The notes below the pieces were generated by a model. The model worked only from the letters and a program-made list of their open reading frames with translations. It was not told the origin of the DNA and did not search any database. This document shows positions 31,901 to 42,486 of a stretch of 64,000 bases of DNA, one piece after another (the first letter of the stretch is position 1; each line of letters opens with the position of its first letter). Source of the DNA: Candidatus Heimdallarchaeum aukensis (GTDB lineage Archaea > Asgardarchaeota > Heimdallarchaeia > Heimdallarchaeales > Heimdallarchaeaceae); the NCBI GenBank assembly GCA_021513695.1, contig CP084166.1, positions 928,001 to 992,000 on the forward strand, in the 5' to 3' direction. Made by a program: the position numbers and the translations under genes.

Positions 31901-33583
31901 TAAATAGATTTTTCTGATTGGGTTTAAGCTGAACTAAGTAGTGTGAAAATTTCTACTTCAAAGAATGAGCACCAATAGTTAAACCAGTTTAAGCTGAACT
32001 AAGTAGTGTGAAAATGCTTCATCTGCTAAAAGTTGTAGTTGTTCATAAAGGTTTAAGCTGAACTAAGTAGTGTGAAAATTGTGCTACATATATACACACC
32101 TATATCCTGTTTATCGTTTAAGCTGAACTAAGTAGTGTGAAAATATCCTGATAGGTGAGTCCTACAGGAGAAAGAAAAAGTTTAAGCTGAACTAAGTAGT
32201 GTGAAAATATCCTGATAGGTGAGTCCTACAGGAGAAAGAAAAAGTTTAAGCTGAACTAAGTAGTGTGAAAATCCCAATAGCATCCTCTTTTATCTGGGGC
32301 TTGGTTTATGTTTAAGCTGAACTAAGTAGTGTGAAAATCTGTGATTTCTGCGGAAATAAACATGTGACGGAAAGTTTAAGCTGAACTAAGTAGTGTGAAA
32401 ATGCAACTCTTTCCGTCCAGCGCACTAAAGCTGCTTTTGGGTTTAAGCTGAACTAAGTAGTGTGAAAATGTTTTTCATGGTAGCTTGCTACCAAAAATTT
32501 ACTTAAAAGTTTAAGCTGAACTAAGTAGTGTGAAAATGAGACTGTTAATAGCGAAGTCAGATTCCTCAAAAGGTGTTTAAGCTGAACTAAGTAGTGTGAA
32601 AATTTGTCTTTACACAGGGCATTCTCAGTTCTGGAGGAAGTTTAAGCTGAACTAAGTAGTGTGAAAATCACATAAACAAATTAGAAAGCGAAATAACCAC
32701 AGTTGTTTAAGCTGAACTAAGTAGTGTGAAAATCAATATTCTTCATCTTCTTCTAAATCATACAATAGCGTTTAAGCTGAACTAAGTAGTGTGAAAATAG
32801 AAAAGAGGAACCGTTGTTCTTAAAGGTAAAAATCGTTTAAGCTGAACTAAGTAGTGTGAAAATAAAGAGTATTGAACTCCTGGTTCAAAACTGATTTTGC
32901 AGTGTTTAAGCTGAACTAAGTAGTGTGAAAATTAATTGCTTTTTTGTCTGCATGACTTGGTAATTCAAAGTTTAAGCTGAACTAAGTAGTGTGAAAATTT
33001 CAAGGTGAGACCAACGATCCTGGTTACTTCGGTTGTTTAAGCTGAACTAAGTAGTGTGAAAATAATATGTAATTAAATAAGTTTTTATTGTGGTAAAATG
33101 TTTAAGCTGAACTAAGTAGTGTGAAAATACATTAAGAAAACGCTTACCATCTAAAGAAACAATCGTTTAAGCTGAACTAAGTAGTGTGAAAATTCATAAG
33201 TTGACCAATATTCAGAAATTACATAACGTTTAAGCTGAACTAAGTAGTGTGAAAATGAAAGCGTTTAGAATTGGTGGCGGTTCTGGTTGCAGGTTTAAGC
33301 TGAACTAAGTAGTGTGAAAATTACTGGGCAATGGAAAAAAGCTGTTGCCGCATTCAAGTTTAAGCTGAACTAAGTAGTGTGAAAATTAACTCACTCGCTC
33401 ACCCTCAGAGAGAGCCACAAACGTTTAAGCTGAACTAAGTAGTGTGAAAATTAATTTACGTCATGACTATGATGCGACCCCCAACGAGGTTTAAGCTGAA
33501 CTAAGTAGTGTGAAAATATTTGACTACTAGGTTTAGGTTTGAATATGAACCAGAGTTTAAGCTGAACTAAGTAGTGTGAAAAA
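28972..33583 (+). CRISPR. CRISPR array 2: 71 repeats and 70 spacers, of which 69 are unique. The repeat is GTTTAAGCTGAACTAAGTAGTGTGAAAAT. The terminal repeat is degenerate (..GAAAAA).
   Basis: 29-nt repeats with a ~65-bp period. The leader-distal last repeat has one mismatch. One spacer (atcctgataggtgagtcctacaggagaaagaaaaa) is present twice in tandem (32145-32179 and 32209-32243). Confidence 0.97.
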
Positions 33584-33606
33584 ATAGATTGCCGATTAAA
33601 TTTTCT

Positions 33607-34407
33607 TTATTTGTAGAACAAATGTGAAATTGAACAATAATATCTTTTCAATTCAATTAATTCTTTTTCACTTTGTAATTTATTTTTCTGCTTTTCTATT
33701 TCAGAAAAAACAAATTCTACATCCTCAACATCTGTAAGATCTAATATATTCATTATTGTTTCATTTACTATTCTATCCCAAACTGTTATTCTTTTTATGC
33801 ACTTGTTAAAGAAGTTGCTAATTGGATTTTGAAGATTAATCAATTTTCTTAATTCTATTAATGAAATTAATTGTTCATTCTCAAAATTCTTTAGATATCT
33901 TCTATTCATTTCTATTATAACTTCAATAATAGCTTTGATATTCTCTTCATTTATTTTATTTCCTCTTGATTCTTTTATTTTCGTCTTTTTATAAGAATTC
34001 ATCAGTAGATTAACCACAGTTACTAAATGTAAATCAAATTCCTGATTAATCGTTTCTTTTTTGTCTATTAACAAGTCTCTTGCTTTTAGGCCAAGCATCC
34101 AGGAAAAAAGTCCACTTAATTGTGAATTTACTAATAATTTACTATTTTCTTGTGATGTTTTAATTTCTCTAAGTTTGTCTTGATAGAAGGGATTAAACAT
34201 ACCAAAAACGTGAGATACAATCAAGTTGTCAATAAAGAAAGATTCAATTTGTTTTTTAATTTCTTTCTCTTCTGGATTTTTTGAACTTTTTTTCATCTTT
34301 TCAGCTATTTTTTTTAAATCAGTAAAATAGTCACATAATTTCTTATTTGAACTAGCCAAAAATTCGAAATCACTATTACCCATATCGTTAATATATCTCT
34401 TCAACAC
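33607..34407 (-). CDS. Hypothetical protein (266 aa) with no recognisable domain. Its stop codon abuts the distal end of array 2.
   Basis: A clean ORF of the same low-GC Lys/Asn/Ile-rich composition as its neighbours. Confidence 0.55.
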   Translation of the reverse strand: MLKRYINDMGNSDFEFLASSNKKLCDYFTDLKKIAEKMKKSSKNPEEKEIKKQIESFFIDNLIVSHVFGMFNPFYQDKLREIKTSQENSKLLVNSQLSGLFSWMLGLKARDLLIDKKETINQEFDLHLVTVVNLLMNSYKKTKIKESRGNKINEENIKAIIEVIIEMNRRYLKNFENEQLISLIELRKLINLQNPISNFFNKCIKRITVWDRIVNETIMNILDLTDVEDVEFVFSEIEKQKNKLQSEKELIELKRYYCSISHLFYK

Positions 34408-34761
34408 ATCACATCCTGCCTAAAAGAAAGATTTCGTGTATTTCCTGTTTGTTTTAACTGTTTTGATTTAACAATAGGCTTTTTCGTGATCAGAGAATTT
34501 CTTATCATTTTTTTCACTTTAGGAATGATGATTAATATTGATTAATAGATTGAATCTTTTTTATCTTATATTTATTAGATTTTATTTTTCCTAAAAAGTT
34601 ATAAAATTCACACTAAAAATTATAACTTTGTGTTCTCTCTTTCCTGTTGTTAAATACACATTTTTGCTCCAAAGCGAATTATTTTATTCCAAACGGCTAG
34701 AAACAGAAGGTTAATTTCGTTTAAGAAAAGTTCTTAATAGGTTGAATTATTTAGTGTTTAG

Positions 34762-36246
34762 ATGGTTGATTTTGGTCTTATTGATCTTCAAGAAGCAATG
34801 AATGAAGCTGAGACCATATTAGGTGACAAATATACTTATTTTCAGTCATTAATTACAAAATATTCTGTAAAGCCAAGCAAGCCATTTTGGGATATAATTA
34901 TTTTTCTTACAGGTTTAAAGGTATACAAAGATACTGAACTATTTAACAAATGGATTAATTTTTGGAACAAGTATTCAGTATCAAGAAAATACAAGAACCT
35001 TATTTATCAGCCTTCTGCTTCTTTTTCTCCTTTCTTAACTGAAGAAGAAGCAGAAAAAAAGTTCACTAAACTGCTGAAAATGCTTTATAACCGCGATAGT
35101 GAACTTACCGAAGATCAACTTTGGACTTTATTTTTTTCTCTTTTTTATAAGCTTCGAAATGCAATTAAACCTAAATTCAGTAAGGTTGAATTTAGAGTAT
35201 TTCTAACTATTCTTAGCGAACAAACAACTATTCTTTCTACCCTCAACAAAAGTTTGATGATGGCAAAATCCAATCTTTCTGCATACATAAAAAGAATTAG
35301 AGAGAAAAAAGTTATTTTCGAAGGTTTTTTACTAAACCTAAGAAAATTTAACCTAAGTATTTTCTATTCAAGGATTAAATATCCTTTGTCATGTAATGAA
35401 AAAATTACTAAAATTATTCCTAGAGGAAAATTCTTAAGAAGAGTTTATGAGGGTCATATTGCATGTAATTATACTTTTCTGAGCTATTTAGCACCAAATT
35501 TAGATGAAATTAAAAAAGAATTTCTAAAAAACAAAAAAGAGATTTTGGAAGTTATTCCAAATGCTGAAATAGATTTTTTTAGAAGTGATAGAAATAGTAG
35601 ACTATATTCTTTCAATTACAGTAATTATGATTTCAAAAAGGGAAAATGGAATTTTGATATAGATGACATAAATTATAATTTATTTTGGCTTAATAATACA
35701 AAGAATAGCAAAACAGACAATTTAGTTAAGATAATTGAAAATTTTCCTTCTAACGAAGATTATGAACTAAAATTTGATAAAGAAACACTAGACATCCTAA
35801 GGTTTTTCTACTTAAATCCACAAAAGTCAGTTTCACAGATTATTGAAGAAATGGATGTAAGAGAAAGCAAAATAAGAAAAGCTATCAGTGACTTTGAAGA
35901 AAATCAAATTTTAAGAGCGAGAGTGAACCCTGCACCAGTATTTGGTTTGTCTAACATTATTCTCTATATTAAAGAGAAAAAAGACAAATTGAGAAAAATA
36001 CATGAAGAGCTTTCTTTTTTCCCAGAAGTTTATAGTGAACCTTTAGTTAATATCGAGACACAAGAGGAAGAGCTAATGATTATTGTAAGAGCTCCTGAAG
36101 CAATAACATTTCAAGTTGTAGAAGCTCTTTATCAAAAATATGAAAAAAAGATAGTGGGTTTATTCCTTATTGATCAAATGTACTCAACAAGGCAGGATCT
36201 TCCTCTAGAGAACTTTGATACTTTATTTAAGAGATGGAAAATATAA
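34762..36246 (+). CDS. Tandem Lrp/AsnC-like regulator (494 aa), paralog of 18047..19525.
   Basis: Alignable blocks are shared with the 492-aa protein: WTLFFSLFYKLRNAIKPKFSKVEFRVF.. vs WSLFLRFFFTLRSRIKPSLTKAEFSLL.., and LSFFPEVYSEP vs LSLFPEVYSEP. Confidence 0.6.
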   Translation: MVDFGLIDLQEAMNEAETILGDKYTYFQSLITKYSVKPSKPFWDIIIFLTGLKVYKDTELFNKWINFWNKYSVSRKYKNLIYQPSASFSPFLTEEEAEKKFTKLLKMLYNRDSELTEDQLWTLFFSLFYKLRNAIKPKFSKVEFRVFLTILSEQTTILSTLNKSLMMAKSNLSAYIKRIREKKVIFEGFLLNLRKFNLSIFYSRIKYPLSCNEKITKIIPRGKFLRRVYEGHIACNYTFLSYLAPNLDEIKKEFLKNKKEILEVIPNAEIDFFRSDRNSRLYSFNYSNYDFKKGKWNFDIDDINYNLFWLNNTKNSKTDNLVKIIENFPSNEDYELKFDKETLDILRFFYLNPQKSVSQIIEEMDVRESKIRKAISDFEENQILRARVNPAPVFGLSNIILYIKEKKDKLRKIHEELSFFPEVYSEPLVNIETQEEELMIIVRAPEAITFQVVEALYQKYEKKIVGLFLIDQMYSTRQDLPLENFDTLFKRWKI

Positions 36247-36484
36247 TCCAAAAGTAAGATTATTTTGAACCATTTTTTAGGAATAAGAAAAAATGGTTAT
36301 AGATGTAAAAAAAATCGGTAGATGTATGAAATATACTTTTCACAAGTTTTGTGATGGAAAATATAGGTATCACATCATTTACTTGTAGATCATTTGTCAT
36401 ATTTACTTGGTTCCTAAATTAATAGAGTAAACATTCGTTGTTTTTTTATCCAAAAATTATAATAATGCTTTCTTTATTTTATAA

Positions 36485-37351
36485 GTGAAAAAAATGAGTG
36501 ATGATAATAATTTTTCTTCTGATTTAAATAATGCCGATAGTGATTTTCTTTTTTCTTCCTCTTCTTTTGAGTCAAACCTTATTAATGGTGAAAAGGTCTT
36601 TAACGATTTTCTTATTCCTTATCGAACTATTTCTTTTTTTGGTCTTGTAGTCTTGACTTTATCCTTTCTTTTGCCTTTGATAGTTATTTTAGTTGTTCAG
36701 TTTGGTACTGATTTTTCTAGAGCTGTTAAATACACTATTGATGTCATAATGGGTTTGTGGCTATTTTTCACTTTCTTGTTTTTCTTTTTCATTGGTTCAA
36801 GTAATCAACGACTTATTATTACTAACTTTCGTTTAATTTGCATTAGAGAGTATTTTCCTTTTTTCTTTAAGAAGTTTAGAATTCTCAAGGAATGTTCTAC
36901 TGATATTAATAGTGTTACTCTTGTTGAGCGCAAAAAGTTTTCTCGTCCTGAACCTTTTATGTTTTTCACTGGATTGTTGATGTTTTTTGTTAGTTTATTA
37001 CTTTTTATTTCTATTAAGATTGTTGAGCAGTTCAACATTTCTTCTTTCATTCAATATAAGAAAACCATTCTTATTAGTAGTTCAATACTTTTGATTCTTT
37101 CTTTTATGCTTATTATTTATGCTATATTCTTTTTCTCCAAGAATATTTACAAACTAGCTTTTTCCATTGGTCAAACTTATCCTCTACCGCCTGTTATTGA
37201 CAGATTATTTTCAAGGAGTTTGAAAGCTGGTTATTGGGTAATTTACGGTTGGGAAAAAGATTCAAAAAGGATGTATGAAGAAGCTCCTCAAATACTATTT
37301 TCTCTTAAATTTGATAAGCATCTTCAACAGAATAATTTGAAGGAGCATTAA
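36485..37351 (+). CDS. Phe-rich integral membrane protein (4-6 TM) of unknown function. The real start is probably the ATG at 36497.
   Basis: Hydrophobic segments. GGTGA-like GTGAAAAAAATG context. Confidence 0.5.
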   Translation: MKKMSDDNNFSSDLNNADSDFLFSSSSFESNLINGEKVFNDFLIPYRTISFFGLVVLTLSFLLPLIVILVVQFGTDFSRAVKYTIDVIMGLWLFFTFLFFFFIGSSNQRLIITNFRLICIREYFPFFFKKFRILKECSTDINSVTLVERKKFSRPEPFMFFTGLLMFFVSLLLFISIKIVEQFNISSFIQYKKTILISSSILLILSFMLIIYAIFFFSKNIYKLAFSIGQTYPLPPVIDRLFSRSLKAGYWVIYGWEKDSKRMYEEAPQILFSLKFDKHLQQNNLKEH

Positions 37352-37789
37352 TTTTTTTTATTACTTTCAACAAGTGGGACTTTTTTAACTAACTTACTAG
37401 CATAATAATTTTTTACTAACTTATTTTTCACTTATAATTCTTATTCTTCTCCTTTTTCTTTACTTTTTTCTTTCTTTATCCTTCTTTATTAATTTCTGTT
37501 AGTACCGACAATTCTTTAACCACATTATTAATTTTAAAAAATGGAATATGAATTCTTAAGCTTCCAAAATGGATCTTTATTTAATGAGACTCACTGTTGT
37601 AGAAATTTAATTTAAAACTATGACTTTTGTACAGAAACTTTTTTTACGAAGTTTTGGGTGTACACCTATTGCTAAGTTTTTTCCTGTTTGCTTCTTACTT
37701 TGCTGTTTCTTTGATTGAATTATTCCTATGCTTTTAATTCCTATTGTTAAGGAGTAATAACAGGAGAAGCTCTTGCGTGAGGGAATAAG

Positions 37790-38053
37790 ATGTCACAAGC
37801 AAAATTTCGTATTTATTGGAAGTCCTATTATCCTGAACGCATTACAGAGGAGTACATCAAAGCTGATAATCCTTGTCACGCTTTACTCTTAATTCGTGAC
37901 AAGTTCTTTGCTGAACATTCTGACGATATTTATTGTGCTTATGTATTTAGTCTACAAGTGAGAAAGGAAGGTTGTTGGGCTGATTGGACTTCTGAGAATG
38001 GTTTAGACATTACTACTCTTGCTGAAGAATTAGAGCTATTTACTTACTCTTGA
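37790..38053 (+). CDS. Small hypothetical protein (87 aa) with a codon usage that is atypical for this window (more G/C third positions).
   Basis: An ORF preceded by a ~440-bp non-coding stretch. Confidence 0.35.
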   Translation: MSQAKFRIYWKSYYPERITEEYIKADNPCHALLLIRDKFFAEHSDDIYCAYVFSLQVRKEGCWADWTSENGLDITTLAEELELFTYS

Positions 38054-38198
38054 TCTTGGTTCTTGTGTTGACAAGTAAAATATTCATAATTGTGCTTTCT
38101 ATGATGACTGAATAAAGTCCGATTGATTGAATTCTTCGTTGCTATTAAAGTTCTTTGATTTTGTTTAATTTTCTTTTCTTTCTTTTTTCTTTTATTCT

Positions 38199-39230
38199 TT
38201 ATTTTTCTTTCTTTGCTTCGTCTTTTGCTCTGTTTTTTGTTTTTATTTTATTTGTTCGTTCTGTCTCTATTTCTTTTTCTTCTATTTTTTTACTTTTATC
38301 TAGTATAATTATTATTACTCCTGCTATTATTCCTATTCCTCCCAGAATGTAAGATAGTGTTATTGGTTCTTTTAGTATTATTGCGCCTAGTATTATTGCG
38401 AACACTGGTTCATCTAGTAGTAGTAATGAGCTTTTTGATGACTCTTGATATTTTGCTGAGATCATCAACAGTCCATATGGTATTACGCTTCCTGCTAGTG
38501 CGAATCCTATTCCTATTAGTATTATTTTTGTTTTCATTATATTTTCTATTTCCATTTTTGCTAACTCTTCTGGTAGGGGTAGTATTGAGAACATTATTAG
38601 TAGAGGTAGAGCTATAATTATTGCCCATGATATCACCCAAGCTATTGATAGGGAATAGGGAACGTTTTTTCTTTTTTCTGCGCTTGCTCTTCCTACTAAA
38701 AGGTAGAAAGCGTAGAACAGTCCATTTAGTATTGCTAGAGTTGTTCCAACTATTGATGACATAAATGACTCCCATTTCCACACTTCTGTCAATGTGATTA
38801 ATCCTGCTGTTGCTACTATTATTGCTAGTATTTTGCTTTTTGTTATCCTTTCTTTTAGGAATATCCTTCCCAGTATTAGTGTTATGAACGGGTGTATCTG
38901 TATTAGCAGTGCTGCTTCTCCTGCTGGTGTTCCTACTGCTATTGAACTTAGGTAAACAACTATCATCATTACGAAGATTAAACTTTGTAACAGGTATGTT
39001 TTCTGATTTGTTAGCTTAATCGAGTTCTTTACTTGTTCTTTGTTTTTCTTTAATGTGTAGAAAACTATTATTCCTAACCCAAATATCGAACCGAAGAATA
39101 TTCTTAGCAATGATTGTTCTATACTTGAAACATTCAGATCTCTTAATATTGCTGAGATTACTGGTATTGAACCAAAAAATAGTCCTGCTGTGATTGATGC
39201 TAAATATGAAAAATTAGTTTTTTTATCCAT
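38199..39230 (-). CDS. DMT superfamily (EamA-like) transporter with 10 TM helices and a Lys/Glu-rich C-terminal tail.
   Basis: Two EamA-like halves and a polytopic profile. Confidence 0.7.
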   Translation of the reverse strand: MDKKTNFSYLASITAGLFFGSIPVISAILRDLNVSSIEQSLLRIFFGSIFGLGIIVFYTLKKNKEQVKNSIKLTNQKTYLLQSLIFVMMIVVYLSSIAVGTPAGEAALLIQIHPFITLILGRIFLKERITKSKILAIIVATAGLITLTEVWKWESFMSSIVGTTLAILNGLFYAFYLLVGRASAEKRKNVPYSLSIAWVISWAIIIALPLLIMFSILPLPEELAKMEIENIMKTKIILIGIGFALAGSVIPYGLLMISAKYQESSKSSLLLLDEPVFAIILGAIILKEPITLSYILGGIGIIAGVIIIILDKSKKIEEKEIETERTNKIKTKNRAKDEAKKEK

Positions 39231-39347
39231 TCTGGTTCGGGGTGTTTTTCTTTTTCACATTTATCAATCTTTACTCTTTCTCCATTCAATTTTCTATTAT
39301 TTATTCTTTCTTTTTTTCTCATTCTTTTCTGATTTTTACTATTTTTT

Positions 39348-39396
39348 CTATCAAACTTATCTATCAAACTTTTCTATCAAACTTTTCTATCATTTC
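39348..39396. repeat. Tandem 13-nt repeat (CTATCAAACTTTT x3.5) in the divergent intergenic region between the DMT transporter and the HIT gene.
   Basis: Read directly from the sequence: ctatcaaacttat ctatcaaactttt ctatcaaactttt ctatcatttc. Confidence 0.7.
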
Positions 39397-39445
39397 TTAT
39401 GCAGCTTTTTCATAATTTTCTTAAATTGAAATTTTTCTTTCTCAT

Positions 39446-39904
39446 ATGGACTGCAGTTGGTGCAATTTAGATAGTTTTTCTGACTATTTCATTTACGACA
39501 GTGAATATTTCAGCGTTTATCTTTCTGAAGATCAAAGTCTTTTAGGTAGACTTATCTTGGTTCTTAATCGTCACGCTTCTTCTTTAAGTGATTTGACTCA
39601 TGAAGAAATACATGATTTTCTTTCTAATGTTAAAATCATTGAAAAAACTTTGACTAAAGCCTTTGGTACAACTATGTTTAATTGGAGTTGTTTGATGAAC
39701 AATTCTTTCAAAAAGCAACCTAGTTTTCCTCATGTCCATTGGCATTGTCGTCCTCGTTATGCTCACGATGTTTCTTTTACTGGTTTAGTTTTTTCTGACC
39801 CTGATTTTGCTCATCATTATAATAACAAAAGAAAACTTTTTGTCTCTCCTGAGGTTCGACAATCTATTATTTCTGCCATCCGAGACAATCTCTCTTCTGT
39901 CTAA
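39446..39904 (+). CDS. HIT-family hydrolase.
   Basis: A histidine triad motif (HVHWH) in a HIT-like context near the C-terminal third. It is 152 aa. Confidence 0.65.
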   Translation: MDCSWCNLDSFSDYFIYDSEYFSVYLSEDQSLLGRLILVLNRHASSLSDLTHEEIHDFLSNVKIIEKTLTKAFGTTMFNWSCLMNNSFKKQPSFPHVHWHCRPRYAHDVSFTGLVFSDPDFAHHYNNKRKLFVSPEVRQSIISAIRDNLSSV

Positions 39905-40187
39905 TTTATAGAAATTATTTTTTCTCTTCCTTCTTCTTTCCTTCAGATATGTTTGTACTTTACTTCTACTTTTTTTTGTTTCTTTCTTTCTTCCTTCCAC
40001 TTGTTTAAACATATAACCTTTTCTTATTTTATTTTGTAAGGCATTTTATCATTCTACTTTTTATATTCTAGGCCCACCTAATCCATTTGCACTTTTTTTC
40101 GAAACGCTTTTAAACATGCTCAAATATTTTTCATTGATTGAAGAATCTTTCTTCGGTCATAATAATAACAAATTAGAAGGAATTATT

Positions 40188-42281
40188 ATGAAAAAAAGAA
40201 TGTTAATAACAAGCATTTTCATTTTTGCCTTTTTAGTAGCAGTTATTCCTTTAACTGCAAATGCTAAAGTCCTTTCTACTAGAGCTACAAAGGATTTGGG
40301 CGGTGGAGATGCTTATAACGCATATAGTGCATCTGATTATGCAACCCTTATTAGTACACCTATTTCGGGTTACGGAGATATTTACTATTCCAGTGATCAG
40401 TATGATCAATACAAAGTAGCAGTAAGTTCAGGAGATCAAGTAACGATTGAGTTTACTGCCCCTAGTGGAGCAACAGGAATTGATCTTCCTGTTTATGACA
40501 CTGACAAGTCTCGAATACTCATTCGTTACAACATCCAGACTTTCTCCGAGACTGTTACTGCTTCTGGCAACGGTTACATTTACTTTACTATAGATGCAGA
40601 CACTTATGATGATAGAGGTACTTATTATCTCAGTGTTTCTAAATCTGGAGCAGTTGACACTACTCCACCTACTGTAAGTATTACTGACCCTGCTGATGGA
40701 GCAACTGTTTATTCTGCAGATGTCACTGTTTCATGGACTGGTTCTGACAATGTCGGCATAGACTATTACGAGGTCAGAATTGATGGTGGTTCATGGATCA
40801 ATGTCGGAACATCTACAAGCTACACCTTTACTGGTTTAGCTGACGGTAGTCATACTGTAGATGTTAACGCTTATGACGCTGCAGGAAATGTTGGTTCTGA
40901 CAGTGTAACTTTCACTGTTGATACCAGTGCTCCTCCTACTGAGTATACTTTCACTGGTTCACTTAGTGCTGGACAGGACAGTACTCAACACACCTTTAAC
41001 GTTCCTTCCAACACCATTAAGATCGAGGTTCAGCTTCAAATGCCCAGTGGTGCAGATTACGATTTAAGCCTTTGGGACTCTAATGGAGCTCGAACTGGTG
41101 GTTGGACTTCAACTGATAGTAGTACTAAAACAGATATTGCCAACAGTGATTATTCTGGTTATTCTGCTGATCCTGAGTGGGTTACTGTTGATCCTCCTGC
41201 TGTTTTTGGTACCTGGAAGACTGGTTGTTATGCTTACAGTGGTTCTGGTACTTACACCATCACTGTTACTCTAACGCTCAGTGGTCCAGATACTACTGCA
41301 CCTACTGTTACTATAACTGACCCAACAGATGGTTCTACAGTTAATTCTGCTGATGTTACTGTTTCATGGACTGGTTCTGACGATGTTGGTATTGACCACT
41401 ATGAAGTCAGAATCGATGGTGGTTCATGGATCAATGTTGGAACATCTACAAGCTACACCTTTACTGGTTTAGCTGACGGCAGTCACACTGTAGATGTTAA
41501 TGCCTATGATGCTGCAGGTAACGTTGGTTCTGACAGTGTGACTTTCACTGTTGATACCACTACCAATCCTGTTGAAAAATGGGCAGTTATTGTTGGTATT
41601 AGTGACTACAAAGCTATTAGTGATCTTTCTTACTGTGATGAGGATGCAACTGACTGGTATTATCAACTTACCAGCAGTCAAATGAGTTATGACCATATCA
41701 CTGTTTTAGGAGATGGATATTCTTCTAACTATCCTCAATGGGATGGCTATGCTACAGAGTACAATGTTAAACAAGCTTTGAACAACATGGTTAATTCTGC
41801 TGACTCTAATGACATTATAGCTTTCATCAGTTCTGGTCATGGTTCGGGTAATGGTGCAGGTTCTTCATACTTGTGTATGTGGGACTGCAGTTCAGGAGAA
41901 AACGGAGAAGATGGAAATCTCTATGACACTGAATTAGCAGCAATTCTTGACGGAGCTGTTGCTGACAGGATTTTCGTCTTCTTAGACCATTGTTACAGTG
42001 GTGGTTTTGGAGACGACCTCATGAATATGCCTAACAAAGACCGTGTTTACCTAACAACAACCTGTACAGAAAATGGTTATGGTTATGATGACTCCACTCA
42101 TCAAAATGGTGCTTGGACTTACTACTTCCTAGATTACTCTTGGCAGCAACATTTCGGTGGTGCAGCTAATGTTGCTATGGAAGACATCTTCGACTATGCT
42201 TTAGCTGCTTATCCATACAGTGGTGGAGACACTCCTCAAGAGTTCGATGGAAACACAGGTGCGTACTTCTACCTGGCATAA
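40188..42281 (+). CDS. Secreted multidomain protein. It has a signal peptide, two near-identical Ig-like domains, a pre-peptidase-C-terminal-like domain and a C-terminal caspase-like (peptidase C14/metacaspase-like) domain.
   Basis: Signal peptide MKKRMLITSIFIFAFLVAVIPLTANA. A caspase His/Cys dyad context (SSGHGSG .. LDHCYSGGFG). The ORF-track start at 40116 is probably too far upstream. Confidence 0.7.
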   Translation: MKKRMLITSIFIFAFLVAVIPLTANAKVLSTRATKDLGGGDAYNAYSASDYATLISTPISGYGDIYYSSDQYDQYKVAVSSGDQVTIEFTAPSGATGIDLPVYDTDKSRILIRYNIQTFSETVTASGNGYIYFTIDADTYDDRGTYYLSVSKSGAVDTTPPTVSITDPADGATVYSADVTVSWTGSDNVGIDYYEVRIDGGSWINVGTSTSYTFTGLADGSHTVDVNAYDAAGNVGSDSVTFTVDTSAPPTEYTFTGSLSAGQDSTQHTFNVPSNTIKIEVQLQMPSGADYDLSLWDSNGARTGGWTSTDSSTKTDIANSDYSGYSADPEWVTVDPPAVFGTWKTGCYAYSGSGTYTITVTLTLSGPDTTAPTVTITDPTDGSTVNSADVTVSWTGSDDVGIDHYEVRIDGGSWINVGTSTSYTFTGLADGSHTVDVNAYDAAGNVGSDSVTFTVDTTTNPVEKWAVIVGISDYKAISDLSYCDEDATDWYYQLTSSQMSYDHITVLGDGYSSNYPQWDGYATEYNVKQALNNMVNSADSNDIIAFISSGHGSGNGAGSSYLCMWDCSSGENGEDGNLYDTELAAILDGAVADRIFVFLDHCYSGGFGDDLMNMPNKDRVYLTTTCTENGYGYDDSTHQNGAWTYYFLDYSWQQHFGGAANVAMEDIFDYALAAYPYSGGDTPQEFDGNTGAYFYLA
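40653..41566 (+). repeat. Intragenic tandem duplication. A ~270-bp domain-coding unit occurs twice (40653-40925 and 41293-41566) at ~90% nucleotide identity.
   Basis: The protein block TTPPTVSITDPADGATVYSADVTVSWTGSDNVGIDYYEVRIDGGSWINVGTSTSYTFTGLADGSHTVDVNAYDAAGNVGSDSVTFTVDT is repeated as TTAPTVTITDPTDGSTVNSADVTVSWTGSDDVGIDHYEVRIDGGSWINVGTSTSYTFTGLADGSHTVDVNAYDAAGNVGSDSVTFTVDT. Confidence 0.9.
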
Positions 42282-42486
42282 CCTTTTTCTTTTTTTCTTT
42301 TTTCAGAGATTCCTTCGAAAATCTCTTTTTTTTCCTTTAATTTTAAGTAAATCTACATGTTTTCAAAAAATATGGATAAAGATTACCAGAAACACATTAT
42401 TGTTTTAGTTTCAAACAGATCAGAATAATTCATTTATTAAAAAAAAGAATAAATAAAGAATCTATTTCTTATTTTCTTTATTTAGT

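Noticed and set aside
34606-34614. 9-nt match (TTCACACTA) to the CRISPR repeat core upstream of the 494-aa regulator gene, as a possible degenerate orphan repeat
   Set aside because: A 9-nt match in AT-rich DNA can be chance and no further repeat-like sequence flanks it. It is kept only as part of the palindrome observation.
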